IMG/VR virus record: IMGVR_UViG_3300021387_000076
Length of the DNA: 64,000 nt
Strand: one strand, 5' to 3'
Source: a virus
Taxonomy: Duplodnaviria > Heunggongvirae > Uroviricota > Caudoviricetes
This document shows, piece after piece, positions 46,742 through 56,500 of this stretch. The notes beneath the pieces were generated by a model, which searched no databases, was not told the DNA's origin, and saw only the letters and a program-made list of their open reading frames with translations. A program made the translations under genes and the position numbers. Numbering within the stretch: the stretch's first letter is position 1; each line of letters begins with the position of its first letter.

Positions 46742-46930
46742 TTATCCAGGAATAATAACAAGCAGATGATCATCGTTGTCGACAAATTGAACGCCTTCGT
46801 CAAAAGTTGGGACAGACCATTGTCTGTCCCCACGTAAAAACGTAGTTGTTGAGTTCGTCAAATTCGGAACTCTGTAGTCTTTGATGTCATAAGTTGTATT
46901 ATTCACCTTAATATGATAGATATCCGCCAT
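46742..46930 (-). pseudogene. 62 aa ORF homologous only to the N-terminus of the adjacent fiber gene. Likely a duplicated fiber N-terminal module or remnant.
   Basis: MADIYHIKVNNTTYDIKDYRVPNLTNSTTTFLRGD parallels MADIKKIQVNGTIYNLKDARIPALTNEENTFLRDD. Confidence 0.3.
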
Positions 46931-48093
46931 TAGGATACAGTAATGGTGGCAGAAGTACCGGTGAATGTCGGCTGAGAAACATCGCCGGTCGGAGTGCCAG
47001 ACACGCTGACGTTAACTTCATCACCAGTAAATGTGGGCTGAGATACGTTGCCTGTAGGAGTGAACTTGCCGGTAGAACTGAGAGCAGTGCCGGCGAACTT
47101 GAGGTTAACCCCAGTGCCGGAGAATGTCGGCTGAGAAACAGTACCTGCAGGAGTGCCAGATACGCTTATATTTCCTTCGCTGCCATTGAATTCAAGGTTG
47201 ACACCAGTACCCGTAAAGCTAGGCTGTGTGGCAGTTGCACTCTTAATGCCGGTCGCAATGACCTGACTTGCGAAAGTGGGAAGCGTGACAGCAGTAGGCC
47301 TGTTCGCAGTAAAGCTTCCTTCGGTCCACGAAAGAGTCAGCGTTTCGTTTTCGACTGTCGTGCTGAGAGTCGGCATGGTGCACGAAGCAGCAGAGCCAGC
47401 AGTCACAGCGCCGCCACCAGTCGTAGAGGAAGCAACATATTTGGTAGCAGTATTCGGCGTAACCGTGATCGTAGGTGTGCTGACTGTTCCAGCGGGAGTA
47501 TAGTTGGCAGTGCCCGTACCAACGGCGATGCCGCCAGCAGGAGTGAAGCTGCCGGTGGAAGTCAAAGCAGAACCACTGAATGTGGGCTGAGAGATCGTAC
47601 CGGCAGGAGTATAGTTTGCAGTGCCTGTACCGACACTGATGTTGCCTGCAGGAGTACCTGAAACAGTAATATTTCCTTCAGTGCCCGTGAAAGTAGGTTT
47701 GGAAACAGTACCTGTCGCTGTCACCGCACCTGTAGAAGTCATCGGATTGCCTGTAAACCCAGGTTTGGAAACAGTACCTGCAGGTTTATACGTTGTAGTA
47801 GCACTGTCTTTGTAGGCAAGTGCGCCAAGATCAGTTGTGTCACCGATCTCATGCCACTTGTTGTCAGTCGTGGAATAAATAAATTCCTTATTTCCACTGA
47901 TGACAATGCCGCCATTCACAGCATCTTTCTGTTCAGTTCCGATAGTAACCTTAGCGGTATTACCTCCGTCTGTGAGGGCCGTAGAAGTAACGCCCATAAA
48001 CGTGGTGCCGCCAGCAATAAGTTCTCGCGCTGTAGCGTCTTTCAGTTCGTATGTTATACCAGAAGGTAACGTAATTTTGCTGATTTCTGCCAT
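46930..48093 (-). CDS. Repetitive Thr/Gly/Ser-rich fiber protein (VSQPTFTG...VSGTPAG repeats)
   Basis: N-terminus MAEISKITLPSGITYELKD, followed by many short beta-rich repeats. Confidence 0.45.
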   Translation of the reverse strand: MAEISKITLPSGITYELKDATARELIAGGTTFMGVTSTALTDGGNTAKVTIGTEQKDAVNGGIVISGNKEFIYSTTDNKWHEIGDTTDLGALAYKDSATTTYKPAGTVSKPGFTGNPMTSTGAVTATGTVSKPTFTGTEGNITVSGTPAGNISVGTGTANYTPAGTISQPTFSGSALTSTGSFTPAGGIAVGTGTANYTPAGTVSTPTITVTPNTATKYVASSTTGGGAVTAGSAASCTMPTLSTTVENETLTLSWTEGSFTANRPTAVTLPTFASQVIATGIKSATATQPSFTGTGVNLEFNGSEGNISVSGTPAGTVSQPTFSGTGVNLKFAGTALSSTGKFTPTGNVSQPTFTGDEVNVSVSGTPTGDVSQPTFTGTSATITVS

Positions 48094-48114
48094 AGTAAAT
48101 CATCACCTTTAATT

Positions 48115-48480
48115 TTATGTAAATATAAGTATTTCTCCGTTTATGGTGCAATTGAGCTTTGCATTCCACGATGAACGTTCAGCCTCTGTAATGTGAATCT
48201 GTTCATTATTCACATGATCGTCGAGTCTTTCAGTAAGTCTCTGAACGTCTCTGTCTTTTATAAACGGAAGATCTGCAATCGGAGTACTTCCATCTCCAAT
48301 TTTTAAAGTATTGCTGTCAACATATAAACAGAATTCACCTTTTTTTGGTACATATTCCGGTTTATTTGCCCAGCCGCTTGATGTATTTTCAGATACGATG
48401 TCCGCCTTTTCCGAGAGCAATGCTTTTATCTTGCTCCATGTATAAAGCAGGCCATCGGAATCAAGAAATTTAGCACTCAT
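48115..48480 (-). CDS. Fiber paralog A (121 aa) with conserved N-terminus MSAKFLDSDGLLYTWSKIK
   Basis: N-terminal 30 aa nearly identical to the next gene. Confidence 0.4.
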   Translation of the reverse strand: MSAKFLDSDGLLYTWSKIKALLSEKADIVSENTSSGWANKPEYVPKKGEFCLYVDSNTLKIGDGSTPIADLPFIKDRDVQRLTERLDDHVNNEQIHITEAERSSWNAKLNCTINGEILIFT

Positions 48481-48513
48481 GATAACATCGCCTCGAAAAA
48501 TAGTTTGTTTTTA

Positions 48514-49080
48514 TCAGGTAGCAAATATTGCATCAATGTCAGAGTTCGTCATTGTGTCAACCGCAAACGAACCACCGAGTGCATCCCATGCTGTACCAGT
48601 CCATGCATAATTCATGCCGTCAGCTTCAACGTTGTACACGTCACCATTGGCAGCATTGGAAGGAAGCAGCGACATATTTGCAACGCTTCCCTTGTATACA
48701 TATGTATTAACGACATCAGACTTAAGCACATAAGAGGATGCAGAAGAGAATGCATCAAGCTTTGCTTTATCAGTGGAACTCATAAGACCCGCATCAGAAC
48801 TGGTTGCTTCTTCGTATTCAACAACATCAGCGCTCAAAACACCATCGCCGTTCACTGTAAGGTTTCTTCCGATGATGACTCCGCCAAGCGTACTGGTTGT
48901 AGCCGGCGTAAGCGTAAAGTCGCCTTCGCTTAGCGCCGCAAGTTTCTGCTTCTCCTCATTGGTATAGTCGTTTGTCGAAAGCTGCTTGCCTGCCACAGCA
49001 TCGACCTTACCGGAGAGTGCGGTCTTTATTTTGTTCCACACGTAAAGTAAACCATCCGAATCAAGAAATTTCTTGCTCAT
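48514..49080 (-). CDS. Fiber paralog B (188 aa) with conserved N-terminus MSKKFLDSDGLLYVWNKIK
   Basis: Shared N-terminus with paralog A, divergent C-terminus. Confidence 0.45.
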   Translation of the reverse strand: MSKKFLDSDGLLYVWNKIKTALSGKVDAVAGKQLSTNDYTNEEKQKLAALSEGDFTLTPATTSTLGGVIIGRNLTVNGDGVLSADVVEYEEATSSDAGLMSSTDKAKLDAFSSASSYVLKSDVVNTYVYKGSVANMSLLPSNAANGDVYNVEADGMNYAWTGTAWDALGGSFAVDTMTNSDIDAIFAT

Positions 49081-49361
49081 GTTAACATCGCCTCAATTTC
49101 TGAATTGCTTATAGTAGGAAGTCCTGCAGGATCAAAGGAACCAGAAGAAGAGGACGAATTTGCTTTTACTTCCTGCCAAACACAGTTTGTGTCCAGCACG
49201 TAGATCTTGCTTCTGTCCGCAGTATATGCAACAGAACCGCATGATAAATCTGAAACATCAAAAGAGTTTACATCCTCATTTTCTCCAAGCATAATTTCAT
49301 ACTGTCCGCTTGTAACAGGTCTTCCGTTTATTTTTATGACTTTCATAGGTATCACCACCAT
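49077..49361 (-). CDS. Hypothetical protein (94 aa)
   Basis: ORF only. Confidence 0.3.
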   Translation of the reverse strand: MVVIPMKVIKINGRPVTSGQYEIMLGENEDVNSFDVSDLSCGSVAYTADRSKIYVLDTNCVWQEVKANSSSSSGSFDPAGLPTISNSEIEAMLT

Positions 49362-49831
49362 AATTTATAACGAGGCTCTTCTTCGTCAAACAGCCGCCAT
49401 CTAAGCCAGTCGTCTAAATAGATAGCCGCCATAGATAAAGGCATCCATAGCAGTGTAAACTGCGGACAGATTTGCCCTAGTATATTCATCGGCAAATGCG
49501 AGTAATCCCATACATTAAGTCCAAGCCAGATGTTCAATATGCATCCAGATACAAACTCAACCATTGTAATTATCGCTGTACCGATAAATGTCTGCAGCCA
49601 GACAGGCACATCCCAGTCGATATATTCGTTGATGCCTCCGACTGCAAGAAATGCCGCACCGCCGACGAGCACCATGAGAGGGCTCGCCGGCTTGTGCGAA
49701 ACAAGTAATTTAAACAATAATTCACATAACATGTACGCAGAACCGCCAAACAAAAACAGCAGAATATTCTTACGCATTCTGCTGCTCCAGATAGTGCAGT
49801 ACATCAGACTGATATTCTGTTGGTATTTCAT
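49352..49831 (-). CDS. Polytopic membrane protein (159 aa) embedded in the fiber cluster
   Basis: At least 4 hydrophobic helices. Confidence 0.4.
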   Translation of the reverse strand: MKYQQNISLMYCTIWSSRMRKNILLFLFGGSAYMLCELLFKLLVSHKPASPLMVLVGGAAFLAVGGINEYIDWDVPVWLQTFIGTAIITMVEFVSGCILNIWLGLNVWDYSHLPMNILGQICPQFTLLWMPLSMAAIYLDDWLRWRLFDEEEPRYKLWW

Positions 49832-50498
49832 CGCCGTAATTGACCGCCAGTAGTTCGGCTTTTGTCTGCATTGACTTAATCCAGTTCTTCAAACTGTTGA
49901 AGTAAGTTGTGTGATATGTTTTAAATGCTGCAGCGGCCTGTAAGATACTGTTGATATCACTGATCGAATAATATGTGCATAGTTCTCCGTCTGCATGATA
50001 GGGGACAACTCCGTCTGCCTGAAAATTCTGCAGTGAAATAAGATTGATTTGATCTTCCAGTGTCAAACCGAAATGTTTTGTTGTGCCGTCAGACAGTGTG
50101 ACATCGACGCCGGCTTTTATTGCTTCATTGCATGCTCTCGACATTGCTTCGATGATAAAAGCTCGAAGCTCTTCAAGATTGACATCAGGATATACAGGTT
50201 CTTCGGCAGGCTCTTCATGAACAAGTTCATTTTCATTGTTCACTTCGCCGCCAAGATCCATGATCTTCTGTATTTCTTCGGCTTCTTCGTCGGAGATCTG
50301 AATTACAATTGTATCTTCAGCATACAGATCACTTTTTTCCATACCATTTATGTGGTATGCAATAGATCCATCAGATGAAAGAACTCCAGTCGCTTCTTCC
50401 GGTTCACATACAACAAGCATGTTGTTATACGGCATAAGCCAAAGAGGGTTATCAACAATATCAACGACCGTATTATCTTTGACTATTTTGTATTTCAT
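49770..50498 (-). CDS. Hypothetical protein (242 aa)
   Basis: ORF only. Confidence 0.4.
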   Translation of the reverse strand: MKYKIVKDNTVVDIVDNPLWLMPYNNMLVVCEPEEATGVLSSDGSIAYHINGMEKSDLYAEDTIVIQISDEEAEEIQKIMDLGGEVNNENELVHEEPAEEPVYPDVNLEELRAFIIEAMSRACNEAIKAGVDVTLSDGTTKHFGLTLEDQINLISLQNFQADGVVPYHADGELCTYYSISDINSILQAAAAFKTYHTTYFNSLKNWIKSMQTKAELLAVNYGDEIPTEYQSDVLHYLEQQNA

Positions 50499-50553
50499 AA
50501 TACGTCATTCCTTTAAAGCCAAGGCGGCTTTTGTGCGCCGCCTTGGCGTATAA

Positions 50554-53500
50554 TTAAATTGCAAAACCAAAACAAATATAGAGCAGCGTGTTGGCATACT
50601 GCGTATAGTTCGATCCATTGGAATATCCGTTGGACGTTACATAATGGAACTGGTTCGACCTGTAGTCGTAATCGCCATACGTATAGTTGCCTGGACTTCT
50701 CAGCCACCAGGAATTATTCGTATTTGTTCCGTATATATGCTTCGTGCGCGACGTCTGCGTGGTGAAGTAGGAGATCAGACCTTCGGACTCAATGGAATAG
50801 ATTGAGCCGTAGCTGCTGGAATTGCTTGTCACTTCGGAGAAAGAAGGTATAAACATATAATCGGAGCTTTCAACAGTCTGACTTGTTACACCGCTGCCGG
50901 GAAGAGACTTGACCTGTACCTGTGATATTACTGCTCTCCATGCACCGTTCATGCAGTAATACAGCCTGCTGTTCAGGAACTTTCGTACAAGCGATGCCTG
51001 CCATCCGTTCTGGTTTGTCGCAGTGGAATTCATATACAGACCTCTGGACAGAAGCTCAGAAGAATACAGGTTGATGCCGGCATAATTGTCGGATCCTGTC
51101 TTCTGATACATACGGAAGTTCGTTGAGCCAAGACCTGAAGCAATGAATGTATATGTTTCGAAAGGCCACATTGCGAGGCTTGAACACATATCATCACCGA
51201 GATCATCTTCCCAGTACTTCATCTTATAAATGGTACCGATAGCTTTATTGTTTGTATATCCATCATTGACATAATACTGACCGCCTACGGCAAGCTCAGA
51301 ATTGTTAATGATAGGTGCCTGTCTGCTAATCGTACCTTTCCGAATATCCATATTGTTTTCGTTTGTTATGCTGTGCGTATCGGACGAATAGATATACAGC
51401 GTCGGATCGCCCTTCTTGTGACGGATTACAACGACATCTCTCGTGGTGTATTCACTGGAGCTCGAAGTGTTCGTCTTCAGGTTGAACGTATCTCCGCAGT
51501 ACGCAATACGCGGTCCGTATGAGCTCTGGATCAGAGATATACCAGCCGTATCATTTGTACAGGAGACGAGAGTCGGAGTCGAATCACTGGGCTTAAGCTG
51601 ACCAAACTTGTAGTCAATCAGAAGCGTGAAGGACTTGTCCGAATCAAACAGTTTCTTTCCTGTTAAGGCGACATTGTTTCCGTCAAACTGTGTAGCGCTG
51701 TTATATAAGACAGTACTTGCGACATTCGTATAGTCGATATCATTTCCGAGCGTGATGTTGATTGTATCGCCGCTCTTGATTGTGCCGTAATATGTGGAGT
51801 TTGAATCAGCATTCTGACCACCGCTGCTTGCAAGTATGCCAGTCTTTGTCATTGCATAGATCTGCATCGGAGTCATATCAGCAAGATTTGTTCCGGCTGC
51901 AGGCACAGTACCTTCATACCATGTTGCGTATACGTCCATATCTTCGGTGACATTTGCAGTGTTTTTGTCCCATGCCTTGAACAGCCTGTAAACACCAATG
52001 GCATCTCCGCTTGTGTTTGTCGGCAAAGCTCCATTATATACTGCATTCTCACCATATCCGACTGTCTGTGTGCTTAACAGAGTAGATCCGTTATACCATC
52101 TGATGGTATAAGACTTGGTTTCCTGAGCATACACAGCTGTGTAGGATGCACCAGAGACAGTAACTCTTTCGAGTGCACGGTCCCAGCCCGTGAAAGTATA
52201 TACGGCTTCTGCAGTAGTCGGCCTTGTCGGAGTAGGAATAAGTCCAGTAGCAACAGGATCTACAGGGGTATCACCCTGAGAAACATACTGCGTGTTCAGG
52301 ACAGTGCCATTCCAGTCATAGAAGTTTACGGCAAACTCAGAAAGCGTGCTATCATATTCAATAGTCAGGTTCGGATATGCAGCCTTCAGCTGTTCATACA
52401 GAGAAGAACCGATATTCGACACATGAATTGTACCGGAGATCTCAGGATAAGCAGTCGTGCCCTGAGGCTTCTTGCCGTCAGCATCGACATACTTGCCCCT
52501 GGCTTTGTCTGTCAGTAGATCTTTGAGGATCTGCGTATCAGAGCCAATGTTCGCCGTGATGCCGACAAGCCTGATGTTCTCAAGCTGGTCAAGCTTATCC
52601 ATGAGAATACCCATCGCGTCAACGCCGGGAACATTTTCAATTATGAGAGTCTTCAGGTTATCAAGAGAGTCATAAGAGAAGTTACTGAGCTTGTTCATAT
52701 TTTTCATGACAAGAGAGACCGGCGAACCGAGTTCAAGCGTTTCAAGCGGAGAACCGTCTGCAAAGGTGAATCCTGTGATAGCAGGAGTGTTCTTCGCATA
52801 GATTTCACGGATGAACTTGTTATTTGAAAGGTTAATATTGCCACTCAGGTTGACACAGTTCTCAATGTTCAGAGATTCAAGCAGCCTATTGCCCGTAAGC
52901 GACAGGGAAGACAGGAGTGTATTTGTATACCCGGCTTCATGTGAACCTATAGTAATGCTCTTGAGTTTTGCAGCTCTGCTGAGGTCAATATTGTACGGGT
53001 AGAACTTGGATATATCTCCAAGCAGAACGATGTCAGACGCGCCATGAATGTACACAGTGTCAGTATTTCCAACATACGTGTTGTACTTGAGCGTTACGCT
53101 CTCGTTCGCGTCAAGCATATCGGAACTGACAGGTGTGCCTGAGTCACCATAAGAGACAGCCAGCTTCATGCGCTGCACAGGTGCAACCGTGATGGCAGTG
53201 TTTGCCATGGAGACCTGTCTGCCTGCACGGAAATAGATATAGTCGTTCTTGAACTGGTCACAGAAGTACTTGCTGTAAAGCATTCTGGAACGCTTATAGA
53301 TAAAGCTTTCTTTCTGTTCTGTTCTCGAACCTCTCTGCAGATACTTATACTTTGACGTATAAACAAGTGCCTCAGGAGTATTCGAAGAATAGTCATGATA
53401 ACCTTTTGTTACGGCATCCTGATACTTGTAATCCATATCCCTGTTGATGACTGCAGGACATACAAGCTCTGCATTCTCTGCGATATGGACTTTGTTCAGC

Positions 53501-56500
53501 ACGGTGTGATCCAGATATCCTGTGCCAGTGCCCGTATCCCTTGTAAGGGTACGTGCCCTGGCAGTGATCTCGGAAGCGAATGCTTCTTCAAACATCTTCC
53601 AGAAATAACTGTCATGACCGGAGAACATATACGTCCCATCCCCGCCGCCACGTTGGTAATCCCAGTCTGCGTAGTAAGGAATGCGGAGGAAGCCTACATT
53701 GTCCACGCCAAAGCAGGAGTCGAGATCATAGGGATCCGTGTACCAGATACCAAAGGAAGACTTATTCCAGTCGATAGCATCTACATTCAGACTGCCATCA
53801 GCTTTTCTGATCTGCGAAACAGATGTTGCGCCATTGGTAAACACAATGTTTTCTGCAGTAACATCTTTGCATGAAAGGAACAGGTTCTTAGCACGGTTAT
53901 CACACAGTGCTATCCATTCCATGAACAGGTAATACACGAGCGTATGTTCGAGATTGAAGTGCTTTTCAAATTCATTCTTGAAGATAGCTTTCTTTGCGGC
54001 CCTGGTTGTAGGATCAGTCGCTGCCCAGAAGTTGGCCCTCTGACACACCCATGTGTAAAGCACATGAATGTAATCATAGTTCGGTTCCAGTCCTGCATCT
54101 TCAAGGTCACCTTCATCAGGATAACATGACTCGAGTGCGTTCTTGACATTCAGGATAGAATTGCCGTCGTCATCTTCGATAGTCGAATAAAAAGCATCCG
54201 ACTTGAAGAAACAGATCGGGTTGGAGTTGTTCTTGTACTCCCACTTCTGCTGCTTGGTTACATTGCCGGAGTCGCCTTCGCTCTCAAGACCGAAACTCTT
54301 GGAGTTGCTCTTGTCGTTATTCAGACAGCCGTCGCCAGAGAATATGAATGCATCATCCGGGTAATTGGAGAAAACCTGACCGTTAACATATCTGTCAGCA
54401 GGCATATTAAAAAGCAGGCAGCGGAAACCATAAATAGTATTCTGCACAAGAGAGCCTGCTTCCTTATCATTGAAGAGCGTGTCAACAATGTTTGCATTGA
54501 AAGTATTTGCATGGTCTGTAGACATGTAGTCAATCTTGAAACAGAGAGTGGACTCGCCAATGGAAAGATCGTTTCCATTCTTATCTTTACCCTTGAGTGC
54601 ATACTTGACTTTTGATTTCTTTTCCTTGCCGTTTTCAATAATGATGGCCTGATTGTCATCTCTTGCGTACTTTGCAAGCGAAACCTTATAGTTCTTGCGG
54701 ATGTACTGCTGAGAAGATGTTCCCTGTACGTTTGTCTGGCAGGCAAACACGCCGTCATCATTCCTGTCAAGGAGCGAGAACTCAACAGTGTAGCCGCCTT
54801 TACCGTCAGGCTTTGTCAGCACTGCGCCACAGGGAAGCTTATTGCCTTTCCACTTTGACAGCTCACCTATGATAAGCAGACAGGGATACATATACAGGGC
54901 TTTCTTATAACTGATATCACGAAGAGAACTGCCGTCGAAGAGGACGTCGTTCTCTTCATTCATTGTAATACGATCCTTGATATCTGCAGGAGCATTCATA
55001 TAGTTCTGAAGAATGTCTTCGTTGGAAAGGTTTCTGTTGTACATGCGGACATCATAAAGCTTTGTAATGCAGCCATCGGATCCAAGCTCAACAGTAGCGT
55101 TTGAGTCATAGTCTGCGCCGGCATCATACAGGTAAGAGTTTGCATACTCGCCGTTGACATAAATGTTAACGCACTGAGTATTCTGCCCGCTTGCCTCGTC
55201 CACCGTTACAGGCTGGACGACAAAGCTGATACGCAGTCTTTTGTTATCCTTCAGGTATGCACACGGAATGGATTCCTCGTTGAGGATAAACCCATCGGCG
55301 TCAAGATCAAGGCTCTGACCTTTGGCTAAGAAGTAGCAAACCTGAGGTGTAATAACAAACTGCGGACCGTTCTCTGAGATACATCTCACGACACTCTTTG
55401 TTTCATCAGTCACATAATTCATCGACAGCTCGAACTCAATGGTTCGACCGGTCGATGTAACGTGAGCATTATTATTGCTGTCAAGCATGACGGTTTCTCC
55501 GTCCCTGTTCGTAAAGCTGGAATACAGGATCGGAATTTCAATGTTCATGCGTGCGTCGCCCGAAAGCGTAAGCACGCCCGTATCAACATAGCCGTCAGTG
55601 GACCAGTTAAAGCCGGTAAAGGAAGCGTAAATATTCTTCTTGCCGGTAGGACTGTCGTATTCATAGACATATGTGTCTCTGTCTGAACTGTCATTCGTTT
55701 TACCGGTCGGTCTGAAAGAGTACACAAGTCCAGTCGTTACCTGATTCACATCGTAATCATATGTTATTTCCTGTACGTTGAAGTTCATCATGGAAGTGCC
55801 GTTCATGTCGCTTGTGACAAGCCGGACAATCGCATCACCTGAGGCAGGATAGGATCCTTCTGAAAGTTCAAGCGTATTGATCACGTTATTTCTGATGTTA
55901 TTCAGCGTGCCGCTGTAATAAGTCGCCTCGAATACACCGTTTGCATTCAGGTTGCCGACAGCAATATTCAGTGTAGACATTCTTTCTTTGCCGGGAGAAT
56001 AAACCACGTATTTAACACGAAGCGTGTCTCCATATTTGATTGTGCTGTTCTCAAGATAAGCTCCAACCATTTCATAGTTGTCACCGGATCCGTTATCAAA
56101 CAGAATAGGGAAGATAACATGGTTGGATTCAGTTGCATCGGAAGCAACATAGTAAAGGTCTGCGATATGAGCGCCATATGCAAGGCCAGAAGTCTGCAGC
56201 GTGAGCTGTCTTACGACATTGTGTGCGGTTCCGATATCAGCAGACACAACAGGAGTCGGATTGTTATCAAGCCTGAGGTAAACAGTCTTGCCAATATTGT
56301 AACCGACAGGCGTAAACGAGATCGGAATATTGCCGGTATAAACAGATGTGCTGTCAAACGTAGTGGAGATACTCATCTCGACGCAGGAAATAGAGAACTC
56401 GAGAGGAGCCTCAAGGACTTTCTCTTCGCCATCCTGTGAAACAGTAGTAGACACAGTAATGCGTACCTTTGTTACAGCCCCGACAGTTAGATAATTCGAC

